A stretch of DNA of 64,000 nt from an uncultured archaeon. Its GTDB lineage: Archaea; Hadarchaeota; Hadarchaeia; Hadarchaeales; Hadarchaeaceae. This document shows positions 10,844-18,750 of this stretch, one piece after another. The notes below the pieces were generated by a model that was not told where the DNA came from, searched no databases, and saw only the letters and a program-made list of their open reading frames with translations. The first letter of the stretch is position 1, and every line of letters begins with the position of its first letter. The DNA is taken from NCBI GenBank assembly GCA_937921735.1, contig CAKZTQ010000032.1, forward strand, positions 32,169 to 96,168, written 5' to 3'. A program made the translations under genes and the position numbers.

Positions 10844-11137
10844 TCAGCACTTTGAGCGGGGTCTCGAGAGGACGACTGCGAAACCCCAAATGACGAGCAC
10901 CGGGATGAGCATCACGATTCCAAGTATGATCCCGCTAGTGATAGCCCCTTCCGTGGTCACCCGTATGAATTCCCCTCCTTCGTGCAGGTATCCGAGCACG
11001 TGGTCGACGAGTATCATCACCGTTGCTCCCCAAAGCATCAGACTCAGCATTCCGAGCTTGTATTCCCTGATGCCTAGAATTCTTAGCACCGTCACTAGAC
11101 ATGCCGCGATCAACGTCGTTATCAGCCACATGCTCAT
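10844..11137 (-). CDS. small 3-TM membrane protein, candidate Ni-transporter subunit B
   Basis: Three hydrophobic segments; motif LWGATVMILVDH shared with the upstream gene; in the nikR operon. Confidence 0.7.
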   Translation of the reverse strand: MSMWLITTLIAACLVTVLRILGIREYKLGMLSLMLWGATVMILVDHVLGYLHEGGEFIRVTTEGAITSGIILGIVMLIPVLVIWGFAVVLSRPRSKC

Positions 11138-11139
11138 GC

Positions 11140-11466
11140 CTACCTACGGATACCCAATCTCGTTTCCATCGTCTTTATCAAGTTGAGCCGCGGGGCGATC
11201 GTCAGCATGCCTGTCCAAAGGAGAGTGCATGCTAGGGCCATTGGAACTCCGATCCGAACCATTTCCGGCAGGACTTCAGATAGTCCGGCGGTCAAGAAGG
11301 GCGGATATGGCACGATTTCTCCGTGAGCTAAATGTTCGACCGCCAACATCGCCACGCCGCCCCACAGTAGAGCGTTTAGCCAGTTTATGTTGTACCTCGT
11401 CGGGAACTTTTTCCTGAACAGCGTGGTTATCGCGCCCAGCGCCATGGGAACGAGGAAACAAGCCAC
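11140..11466 (-). CDS. small 3-TM membrane protein (MACFLVP...), candidate Ni-transporter subunit A
   Basis: GTG start at 11466 after SD GAGGTGA; motif LWGGVAMLAVEH; three hydrophobic segments. Confidence 0.72.
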   Translation of the reverse strand: MACFLVPMALGAITTLFRKKFPTRYNINWLNALLWGGVAMLAVEHLAHGEIVPYPPFLTAGLSEVLPEMVRIGVPMALACTLLWTGMLTIAPRLNLIKTMETRLGIRR

Positions 11467-11486
11467 CCTTTCACCTCTTGCTTTTT

Positions 11487-11514
11487 GTAATACTTTTCCA
11501 TATTTAAATATTAC
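11487..11514. promoter_or_regulatory. NikR-type operator GTAATA-N16-TATTAC overlapping a minus-strand TATA box (TTTAAATA, 11508-11501)
   Basis: Perfect 6-bp inverted repeat with a 16-bp spacer, the geometry of the E. coli NikR site GTATGA-N16-TCATAC; directly upstream of the operon containing nikR. Confidence 0.8.
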
Positions 11515-11601
11515 CAATTCGATAGTAAAGCGCCAAAGAATTTTGCAGCCCAAAAGAAAAGGCATAAATTGACGAAAATCCACCGTAATCCGGTGAGGTG
11601 A

Positions 11602-11868
11602 ATGGAAAAGGAACCTGTTGAGAAGAAACTCGTAGGAAAGGTTACCCACTACTTTACGAGGATTGGGGTAGCAGTCGTTGAGTTGACAGACGAGTTAAAG
11701 ATAGGCGACAGGATTTCCATAGAGGGCGCGACCACGAATTTTCAACAGGTAGTGGGCTCCATGCAGATCGAACATAAAGACGTAAAGGTCGCTACGGCTG
11801 GGCAATCGATAGGTCTGAAGGTCGACCAAAGGGCACGTGAAGGGGACCTCGTCTACAAGATCCTTTAA
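11602..11868 (+). CDS. small beta-barrel protein (translation-factor domain II / peptidase U32 C-terminal-like)
   Basis: VGKVTHYFTRIGVAVVEL...SMQIEH...GQSIGLKV...REGDLVYK pattern. Confidence 0.75.
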   Translation: MEKEPVEKKLVGKVTHYFTRIGVAVVELTDELKIGDRISIEGATTNFQQVVGSMQIEHKDVKVATAGQSIGLKVDQRAREGDLVYKIL

Positions 11869-12737
11869 GCGGTTAGATCTAGCTTAAAAAGCAGGATTTT
11901 CGCCTTTCTTATATTTTCGGGAAGATTTCTGCAGTTCTTACAAAGGCCCATAGTTTGGGCGATCAAATCGCGATACCCTGAGAACTTCTCCTTTTTTTCC
12001 AGTATTCTGTCTAAGGTTCTCTCGAGTTGGGGGGTCGGCGCGAAAGTACTTCCGCATGCTGAGCATCGCCGCAGCTCTATCTTGGCTTCAGCCCCGATCG
12101 CTTTTCTATCCCCAGTTGCTCGTGGGCGCTCGGCCCCAAGCTCCACTGCCTCCTCCGGGCAGGCCTCCTCGCAGGAGGCACAGGAAATGCACTTTTCGTA
12201 TCTGAACCTCACCTTTCGTTCGTTGCCTTCGTCGACCATCTCTATTGCTCCAGTCGGACAAACCTGCACACAGGCCCCGCATCCGGTGCACTTCTCCGCG
12301 TCGATATTGGGCATTCCCCGAAAGCCACCGGGCACCTCCCAAGCTTTTGACCCCAGCTTTAAAACGTCAACGAGAGCCTCGACGATGGCGTGAGGGCTTG
12401 GAGGACACCCAGGCACATATGCGTCCACGTGAATTATTTCGTCCACCATGCCGTCCACGCTATAAGAGCCCTCGAAGGCCTCGCCGGACAGGGCACAAGC
12501 GCCGACCGCGATGGCTAGCCTCGGCGGCTTCAACCTTTCGTATACTTCTCTGAGCATATCTCGCGTCTTGACCGTCGGTACCCCTGTGACGATGAGCACG
12601 TTGGCCTCACTTGGGTCCCCGACGAGCTTTACCCCCAGCTCCTCTAACCCGAACCTTCTCGCAAATGCGCTGAACACTTCGATGTCACATCCGTTGCACG
12701 AGCCTACGTCCAGACGATAAACGTTGACCTGCCTCAA
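11865..12737 (-). CDS. group-4-type [NiFe] hydrogenase small subunit (NuoB/HycG-like) fused to a 2x[4Fe-4S] NuoI/HycF-like domain
   Basis: GSCNGCDIE, VGAC, VPGCPP; two CxxCxxCxxxCP motifs; C-terminal CxxC...CxxC. Confidence 0.88.
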   Translation of the reverse strand: MRQVNVYRLDVGSCNGCDIEVFSAFARRFGLEELGVKLVGDPSEANVLIVTGVPTVKTRDMLREVYERLKPPRLAIAVGACALSGEAFEGSYSVDGMVDEIIHVDAYVPGCPPSPHAIVEALVDVLKLGSKAWEVPGGFRGMPNIDAEKCTGCGACVQVCPTGAIEMVDEGNERKVRFRYEKCISCASCEEACPEEAVELGAERPRATGDRKAIGAEAKIELRRCSACGSTFAPTPQLERTLDRILEKKEKFSGYRDLIAQTMGLCKNCRNLPENIRKAKILLFKLDLTA

Positions 12738-13873
12738 ACCCCTCTCCTGAGCTCCGACAGCTCCACCTGATGCTTTTTTCCAGTTCGTTGATCTACGAGC
12801 GTCAGACGATTTGTGCAGGAGATGCAGCGGTCTATGCTTTCTAAAATCAAGGGAAGGTCACTTAACCTCTGTCCCCGCAACATCTCAGGGAGGCTGCGCT
12901 CGTTCATGTAGGTGGGCGTTCTGATCTTTACCCTCTCAGGGATGTTCGTGCCGTTCGACTTGACGAAGTAGATCAATTCGCCTCGCGGCGCTTCCACCCT
13001 CCCAACCTCTTCCTTTTCCTTTGGCGGCTCGCCAACTTCGGCCGCGATGTTGCCGGATGGGAAATCGTCTAATAGCTGCCGTATGATCTCGATGCTTTCA
13101 AAAGTTTCCTTTACCCTGACAAGCGTTCTCGAAAGCACGTCTCCCCCGTCCTCCACCTGCACCTCGAAGTCTACCTCTTCGTATGCGGCGTAGGGATCGT
13201 CCTTGCGAACGTCGCTCTCAACGCCGGATGCCCTCAAAACGGGCCCCACGACACCTAACGCCAGCGCTTTCTCCCTTGGCAATGGGCCTATCCCCGAAAG
13301 TTTCGGGGCAAGTTCCCGCGTGGCACGGGCGATGTACCCTGAGAGGCTTGTTAAATCGTCTAGCGCGTGTCTAAGTCTTCTGATCATCTCCACGCTTAGG
13401 TCCCCCCTCACCCCACCTATCGCGTTGATCCCATAATGGACGCGGTTGCCGCACATCAGCTCGATCAGATCCATGATTTCCTCCCGCGCATCGACGATTT
13501 TGATGAAATGTTCCTTTTCGCCGAGGGTGTGAAACAGTAACGCGGTCCATAGATAATGGCTCTGGAGCCGCTCAAGTTCAAACATAATCGTTCGAATGTA
13601 CTTGGCCCTCTCCGGTGGCTCAACCTCGAAGACCTTCTCTACGGTTTGACAGTAACAAGTGGTGTGGGCATGTGAGCAAAATCCGCATATCCGCTCGCAT
13701 AGGAAAACGCCTTGGGCATAGGTCTTTGTGGCGAGGAGCCTCTCGATGCCCCTATGCGTGTAACCTTGCTTTATGTCCACGTCGACGATCTTCTCGTTGC
13801 TCACCGTAACTTCGTAGAGTTCGGGCTCTACCAAGGCAGGATGATAAGGACCTATGACTACTATTTTCGACGT
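12734..13873 (-). CDS. group-4-type [NiFe] hydrogenase large subunit
   Basis: GPYHP, GYTHRGIE, L1 ERICGFC, EAPRGE, L2 DRCISCTNR plus a C-terminal extension; no ATG/GTG/TTG upstream of GPYHP, so start placed at ACG 13873 (track gives TTG 13834). Confidence 0.88.
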   Translation of the reverse strand, partial: TSKIVVIGPYHPALVEPELYEVTVSNEKIVDVDIKQGYTHRGIERLLATKTYAQGVFLCERICGFCSHAHTTCYCQTVEKVFEVEPPERAKYIRTIMFELERLQSHYLWTALLFHTLGEKEHFIKIVDAREEIMDLIELMCGNRVHYGINAIGGVRGDLSVEMIRRLRHALDDLTSLSGYIARATRELAPKLSGIGPLPREKALALGVVGPVLRASGVESDVRKDDPYAAYEEVDFEVQVEDGGDVLSRTLVRVKETFESIEIIRQLLDDFPSGNIAAEVGEPPKEKEEVGRVEAPRGELIYFVKSNGTNIPERVKIRTPTYMNERSLPEMLRGQRLSDLPLILESIDRCISCTNRLTLVDQRTGKKHQVELSELRRGV

Positions 13874-13876
13874 ACG

Positions 13877-14743
13877 CTACACCCCCATTTTCTCGATCAA
13901 CTGTGAAATGGGGCTGCGGTGGAACTCGAGCTTGAGCTCGTTTGTAGGGACGCCCACCGCCAAAGCCAATAACTCAACTATGTGGAGGCACGGAAAGTTG
14001 TATTTCAAGCCATATTTCCTTAGCGAGATCTGGCCCGTCTCAAACTGGAGGATGCACATTGGACAAGCGGTAATGATGCCGTCAACCATAAGTTCCTCGT
14101 AGCATCTCAATTTGAGGTGCAGCCTCTCTTTAAGTGCCGCTTCTTCGTTTACTTGCATCATTGGGAATCCACAACACATGCGATCTAGTTTGCAGCTGAC
14201 CACGTCGGCGCCGGTAGCTTGTACCAGCTCCGTCAACATCCCCGGTTTTCTCCAAATGTCCCCCCCGTCGGCCTCGCGAAAGAGATGACATCCAGGATGA
14301 ACCGCAGCCCTGAACGTCAGTGGTTTGGCGATTTCCTTTATTCGGCTGATCCCAATGTCTTCGTATAGAATTTCAACGATGTGTTTCACGTTTACCGTGC
14401 CCTCATACTTTCTCCCGACCTCCGAAAGTAGTCCGTTCACCTCTTCTCTCAGTCCACTTTCTTGCTTCATCGCTTCGTTCGCTTCCCAAAGCGTTTCGTA
14501 GCACCCGTTGCACAAGGTTATGATATCCAAACCAAGTTGCTCGGCTAAGCTTAGGTTTCTAGCGGAGAGCGCGAGGGACATCCGCCTGTCGGCTAAACGT
14601 GCCACCACAGGATCTGGACAACAGGAGTAGCCGGAAAGGTCCAATACCTCAACACCTAGCCTCTCGAAAAGTTTTCTGGCTGCAAGTTCCACGCTGGGGA
14701 TCCTCTGAGGGATGAGACAACCTAAGAATAGTGCGTATTTCAT
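13877..14743 (-). CDS. hdrB: heterodisulfide reductase subunit B-like protein (two CCG domains)
   Basis: FLGC...SCCP...CNGC and HPGC...MCCG...CPMC; all ten Cys positions present. Confidence 0.9.
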   Translation of the reverse strand: MKYALFLGCLIPQRIPSVELAARKLFERLGVEVLDLSGYSCCPDPVVARLADRRMSLALSARNLSLAEQLGLDIITLCNGCYETLWEANEAMKQESGLREEVNGLLSEVGRKYEGTVNVKHIVEILYEDIGISRIKEIAKPLTFRAAVHPGCHLFREADGGDIWRKPGMLTELVQATGADVVSCKLDRMCCGFPMMQVNEEAALKERLHLKLRCYEELMVDGIITACPMCILQFETGQISLRKYGLKYNFPCLHIVELLALAVGVPTNELKLEFHRSPISQLIEKMGV

Positions 14744-14748
14744 GAAAT

Positions 14749-15405
14749 CTACCCTCGCCTCAACTTTTTCCTCTCCCAATCGTATCCTGCTTTTTTATCG
14801 AAGGCAACCCGTTTCATCAGTTCCTGAAGTTCGCGGAGTGCTTCCTCGCTCGCGTAGCTGGCAGGGGGAGATGCCGGCAGACCGGCTTCGTCTCTCTTCC
14901 GCTGCATGTGAGGTGAAAGCGGGGCGGTCGTGCCAACCGATATCAGGGACTCGGCCACCGGACATATTTTAGCAGGAAGCTCCCCCTCGAAGGGGCCTCT
15001 CAGGGGTGGACTCCCGGACCACCCCTCCGGTAATAGTAAGGGAGCAGGTCTTGGATGGGCTTTGAACCTCACTCCGAAAAGCTCAGCGGTTTCCCTCTCC
15101 GCCCACTCCGCGGCTGGCATTAAATCCGAGATGCTGTCGATTTCACTTGTTTCCTTCGCGATCACCGCGCGCAAGACCACAACTGTGCCATCGACGTCGA
15201 AGTTGTAAAGCAATTCGATGTCTAGACCTTCGTCGACGGCAGCTAGCATCATAAACCTTCCCTTATTCGATAGTATCTCGACCGCCTTCCGAATCGACCG
15301 CGGCTCGATTTCGACAACCGCCCTCCTTTCGCGAGAGTAAATGACCCTCGCCTTGACTTCCCTCGTGAGACCCTCGAGGATTTCATCCACGGCCAGATCG
15401 GTCAC
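14749..15405 (-). CDS. NuoC/EchD-like hydrogenase subunit
   Basis: ELLYNF, IDSISDLMPAAEWAERETAELFGVRFKAHP, LLLPEGW...PPLR. Confidence 0.85.
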   Translation of the reverse strand: MTDLAVDEILEGLTREVKARVIYSRERRAVVEIEPRSIRKAVEILSNKGRFMMLAAVDEGLDIELLYNFDVDGTVVVLRAVIAKETSEIDSISDLMPAAEWAERETAELFGVRFKAHPRPAPLLLPEGWSGSPPLRGPFEGELPAKICPVAESLISVGTTAPLSPHMQRKRDEAGLPASPPASYASEEALRELQELMKRVAFDKKAGYDWERKKLRRG

Positions 15406-15868
15406 CCTCTATAGCATACATGCGTCTGTTAAATTCCTCCGCCTCGGCTCGGCTTACCACTCTCAAAGCTCCGGGCGAACAATACTTCGCGCATACCGGA
15501 TCTCCATCGCAGAAATCACATTTCGCCGAAACTCGATGTTCCTCGTCGAACCATGGGCATGATAGGGGACAAGCTAGGATGCAGGACCGGCAACCAATGC
15601 ACTTCATCGGATTTATCTTCACCCATCCGCTCTCATCGCTTTTGGTTATCGCTTCCTCGGGGCAGGACGCCAAGCAAACCGGCTCCTCGCAGTGTCTGCA
15701 GTTCGTTGCCTCAAATCTCGCCACACGTTCATCGAGCGAAATATGGATGTGAGATTTAGCTGGATCTAGGGTGCCATAGTGCTGAAAAGCACAAGCTATT
15801 TCACAATATCCGCAGCCCGTGCATCGCTCTGGGTCGTAAATCAAAACTTTCTGATGGGCTGCTTTCAT
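15383..15868 (-). CDS. 4x[4Fe-4S] ferredoxin-type electron-transfer protein (CooF/HycB/DmsB-like)
   Basis: CTGCGYCEIAC, CRHCEEPVCLASCP, CIGCRSCILACP, KCDFCDGDPVCAKYC. Confidence 0.9.
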   Translation of the reverse strand: MKAAHQKVLIYDPERCTGCGYCEIACAFQHYGTLDPAKSHIHISLDERVARFEATNCRHCEEPVCLASCPEEAITKSDESGWVKINPMKCIGCRSCILACPLSCPWFDEEHRVSAKCDFCDGDPVCAKYCSPGALRVVSRAEAEEFNRRMYAIEGDRSGRG

Positions 15869-15920
15869 TTAGGCCTCGCTCCACACCGGGTGCTGGTTCA
15901 GGTCCATCTAACCATCGGAT

Positions 15921-16166
15921 CTATGTGAGGACCTCAACCTCCGCATCTTTGACCACGGATTCAGCCGCTGACTTCACCTGTTTGACTAAATAAGCTATCA
16001 GAGGACATCCGGGGATAGTTGGCCTAAATAATATTTTAGCTTTGTCCCCCTTCACTGTTATTCCTTCGATCATCCCCATGTCAACCACGTTTATGCCGGT
16101 CTCTGGGTCTATCACATCGCGAAGCTTTTCCCTTATCTGCTCCACCTTGTCCATCCCATCGCTCAT
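15921..16166 (-). CDS. metal-sulfur cluster assembly factor (DUF59/SufT family)
   Basis: VIDPETGINVVDMGMI and PTIPGCP motifs. Confidence 0.85.
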   Translation of the reverse strand: MSDGMDKVEQIREKLRDVIDPETGINVVDMGMIEGITVKGDKAKILFRPTIPGCPLIAYLVKQVKSAAESVVKDAEVEVLT

Positions 16167-17104
16167 ACCAACTCCTCGCCTGGCCTCCACTCAAATTGCT
16201 CCTGTAGTACAACATAAGCCGCAGATGGTGGGATTATGCCTCGCTCAGTTATTATCAGGTCTATGTATTCTGGAGGAGTAACGTCGAAGACCGGGTTGCG
16301 GATTTTAACGCCGGGAAATCTCTTTGGGTTCACTATCTCATTTGGTGGTCGCTCTTCGATCTCCACCAATCTCCCGACGAGGGTGCCTGGATGGAACTTA
16401 TAGCTCTCCGCCGCCACGAAGAACAGCACCCTAGCTTCATTCGCGGCCAACGCTAGTTGGGAGGTACCAATCTTGTTTATCACCGCGCCGTTCGCTGCTA
16501 TGCTGTCGGCACCGACTATCACCTTATCGACATCTCTTATGAAGTGCCTTACCGCAGAATCGACTATCAGCGTCGTCGGGATACCGGCCCTGCTCAGCTC
16601 GCGCGCGCTTATCAATCCCTGCCTCATTGGTCTAGACTCCGTTACGAATACTTCGAGGCGTTTCCCTTGTTTAAAAGCGGTTTTGATAACAGAGAGGGCA
16701 CAGTCGCTGTTACAATGTGTCATTATTACGTCTCCATCGGATATCCTGCGCGAGCCGATCTCTCCGATCCTCTTAACGGCCTCCAGAGACGTTTTGATGA
16801 ACTCATCAGCTTTGGAGATCACCATCTTCCGCAATGTCTCCAAATCTAGGTCTTTCGATACCATAGCTTTGTGCGTAACAAATCGTATCGCATTGGGCAA
16901 CGACACAGCGGTCGGCCGCGTGTTCAATAAGAACCTAGAAACCTGTTCGAGTTCTTTCAAGAATTCAGCAGATGTCCTAGCTTTCGTTGTCTTAGCCGCT
17001 ATCTTAAGTGCCCTAGCGGCAGCTCTCGCTATCCTACCGGCCCCCCTTATTCGCATTTTTCGGATATCCTCAGCAATTTTCTCGATTTGGGCTTGTGCCA
17101 TCAT
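16163..17104 (-). CDS. e2b2: ribose-1,5-bisphosphate isomerase (eIF2B-like)
   Basis: IRGAGRIA, TRPTAVSLPNA, MTHCNS, ESRP, GADSI, NKIGTSQ, NPVFDVTP. Confidence 0.88.
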   Translation of the reverse strand: MMAQAQIEKIAEDIRKMRIRGAGRIARAAARALKIAAKTTKARTSAEFLKELEQVSRFLLNTRPTAVSLPNAIRFVTHKAMVSKDLDLETLRKMVISKADEFIKTSLEAVKRIGEIGSRRISDGDVIMTHCNSDCALSVIKTAFKQGKRLEVFVTESRPMRQGLISARELSRAGIPTTLIVDSAVRHFIRDVDKVIVGADSIAANGAVINKIGTSQLALAANEARVLFFVAAESYKFHPGTLVGRLVEIEERPPNEIVNPKRFPGVKIRNPVFDVTPPEYIDLIITERGIIPPSAAYVVLQEQFEWRPGEELV

Positions 17105-17151
17105 CTCCCCTTTTTATTTTCCACTTAGTTTAAATATTGGGTGAAAATGGG

Positions 17152-17388
17152 TTAAGTAACGTGTTTCCGCAATTCGTTGAAAAAAATCCGCAAGTCGGTC
17201 TTGTGGACGGGGTCCGTTTCGGCCGAGATCTTATCCCTTAATTTTTCCATAAATGTTTGTAAGCCTTGGCTCTCGTTTAATAGCTCCTGAATTACTTCGC
17301 GAAGCTCGTGCGGATAAACCAAATAAGCCATAGTTGAGGAAAATGAGTCCCATATTAGTTTTGTTTCAGCTTCTCGCATCTTTGGCAC
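17152..17388 (-). CDS. hypothetical protein
   Basis: 78-aa ORF abutting the Lrp gene; globular composition. Confidence 0.55.
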   Translation of the reverse strand: MPKMREAETKLIWDSFSSTMAYLVYPHELREVIQELLNESQGLQTFMEKLRDKISAETDPVHKTDLRIFFNELRKHVT

Positions 17389-17862
17389 CTAGAGATTCAC
17401 CAACGTTTCCTTTACGGTTTCCATAACTACTACAGTTCTGACATTTTTCACGGGATCGAAGGAATAAATATGTTCTTTGATGAATTTATTAAGGCTTTCG
17501 AGATCCTTAACCCGGATCTTTATCATTAGGTTATGGCCTCCCGTTGTGCGGTGGAGCTCACAAACCTCATGAGACTTGGAAAGACGCGAGATAAGCTTTT
17601 GCATGCTTGGAAAATCGATATCGACGCTCACAAATGCTAGAAGTCCTCGGTCAAGTTTTTTGGGATCGATGATAGCAGTGTATCCCTTGATAAGACCCGA
17701 ACGCTCCAACAGTTTTATGCGCCTCCGAACCCCGGATGTGCTTAGCCCAACTTCCCTGCCCATTTTACTGATAGGTATGCGGGCATTAGCGTTTAACATC
17801 TTCAAAAGTTTTAGATCAACGCTGTCCAAAATTTCGCCTCCGACCCTTCGTGCAAGTTTCAT
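17389..17862 (-). CDS. Lrp/AsnC family transcriptional regulator
   Basis: LDSVDLKLL..L..NARIP HTH, RRIKLLERSGLIKGY, C-terminal RAM domain (LHRTTG). Confidence 0.88.
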   Translation of the reverse strand: MKLARRVGGEILDSVDLKLLKMLNANARIPISKMGREVGLSTSGVRRRIKLLERSGLIKGYTAIIDPKKLDRGLLAFVSVDIDFPSMQKLISRLSKSHEVCELHRTTGGHNLMIKIRVKDLESLNKFIKEHIYSFDPVKNVRTVVVMETVKETLVNL

Positions 17863-17952
17863 CTCTTTAATTATTTATTTTTTGCGTGTTCAATTTTGCG
17901 CATCCTTGTTCTTTCGAAGATTTTATTTTCTCAGGCTTGACAAGTTTTTAAC

Positions 17953-18750
17953 ATGTTGAATGCCGAGATCCTTTCGTTGGGAAATGAGCTCATCGAGGGC
18001 CTACGAACTAACACGAATGCGACATGGCTCGCGAGGGAGCTCACGCGATTGGGCATCCGGGTGACCCGCATCACTTGCGTCGGAGACGAGCAGGGTGAGA
18101 TAAAAGCTGCCATCGGCGAGGCCCTTGCTAGGAAACCTAATGTGCTCATCATAACGGGTGGACTCGGGGCGACTCCAGATGATAGAACTCGCGAAGCTCT
18201 CGCGCTGGCTATGCGACGGGGGCTGATTTTGAATTCCGTAGCCCTTAAACTTGTGGAGTCAAGCTATAGACGCTTGGGACCATCGCGATCGATAAAACGC
18301 GAGGCTTTGGCCCAGGCGAAACAGAAGATGGCGAGGATTCCAAAAGGTGCAATCCCTTTGCCAAACCAAGTTGGTTTGGCACCGGGCATTAAGCTCAGGC
18401 ACGGAAAAACTTTAATATTTTGTTTACCCGGCGTCCCGGCCGAGGCGAAGGCGATCTTCCGGACCTCTGTTCGGCATAACCTAGCCGAACTGGGTGGACA
18501 GGTGATGTGCAGCCGCACGGTGCTAGTAAAGGGTATCGATGAGACGACGTTAGCACCCCTGCTGGAAAGGTTGGCCCATGCGTTTCCTAGCGTCGATGTT
18601 CGTTCTTATCCTTCGTGGAAGGGTACACAAAGCCAAATCAAAATAATGTTGGTGGCCCCGACGGCGGAGCAAGTAAAGGCTGCGGCCGAATTCTTTGAAC
18701 GTTCTTTAAAGGGATCTCGCGCATCAACCAGTCGGCGTGACCACCGTTAA
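17953..18750 (+). CDS. CinA-like molybdopterin-binding domain protein
   Basis: GNELIEG..TNTNATWLA, TGGLGATPDDRT, PNQVGLAPG, LPGVPAE. Confidence 0.85.
   Translation: MLNAEILSLGNELIEGLRTNTNATWLARELTRLGIRVTRITCVGDEQGEIKAAIGEALARKPNVLIITGGLGATPDDRTREALALAMRRGLILNSVALKLVESSYRRLGPSRSIKREALAQAKQKMARIPKGAIPLPNQVGLAPGIKLRHGKTLIFCLPGVPAEAKAIFRTSVRHNLAELGGQVMCSRTVLVKGIDETTLAPLLERLAHAFPSVDVRSYPSWKGTQSQIKIMLVAPTAEQVKAAAEFFERSLKGSRASTSRRDHR

Noticed and set aside
11467-11649. 61-aa N-terminal extension of the MACFLVP protein in the ORF track
   Set aside because: It runs through the promoter/operator and the divergent gene; GTG 11466 has a proper SD.
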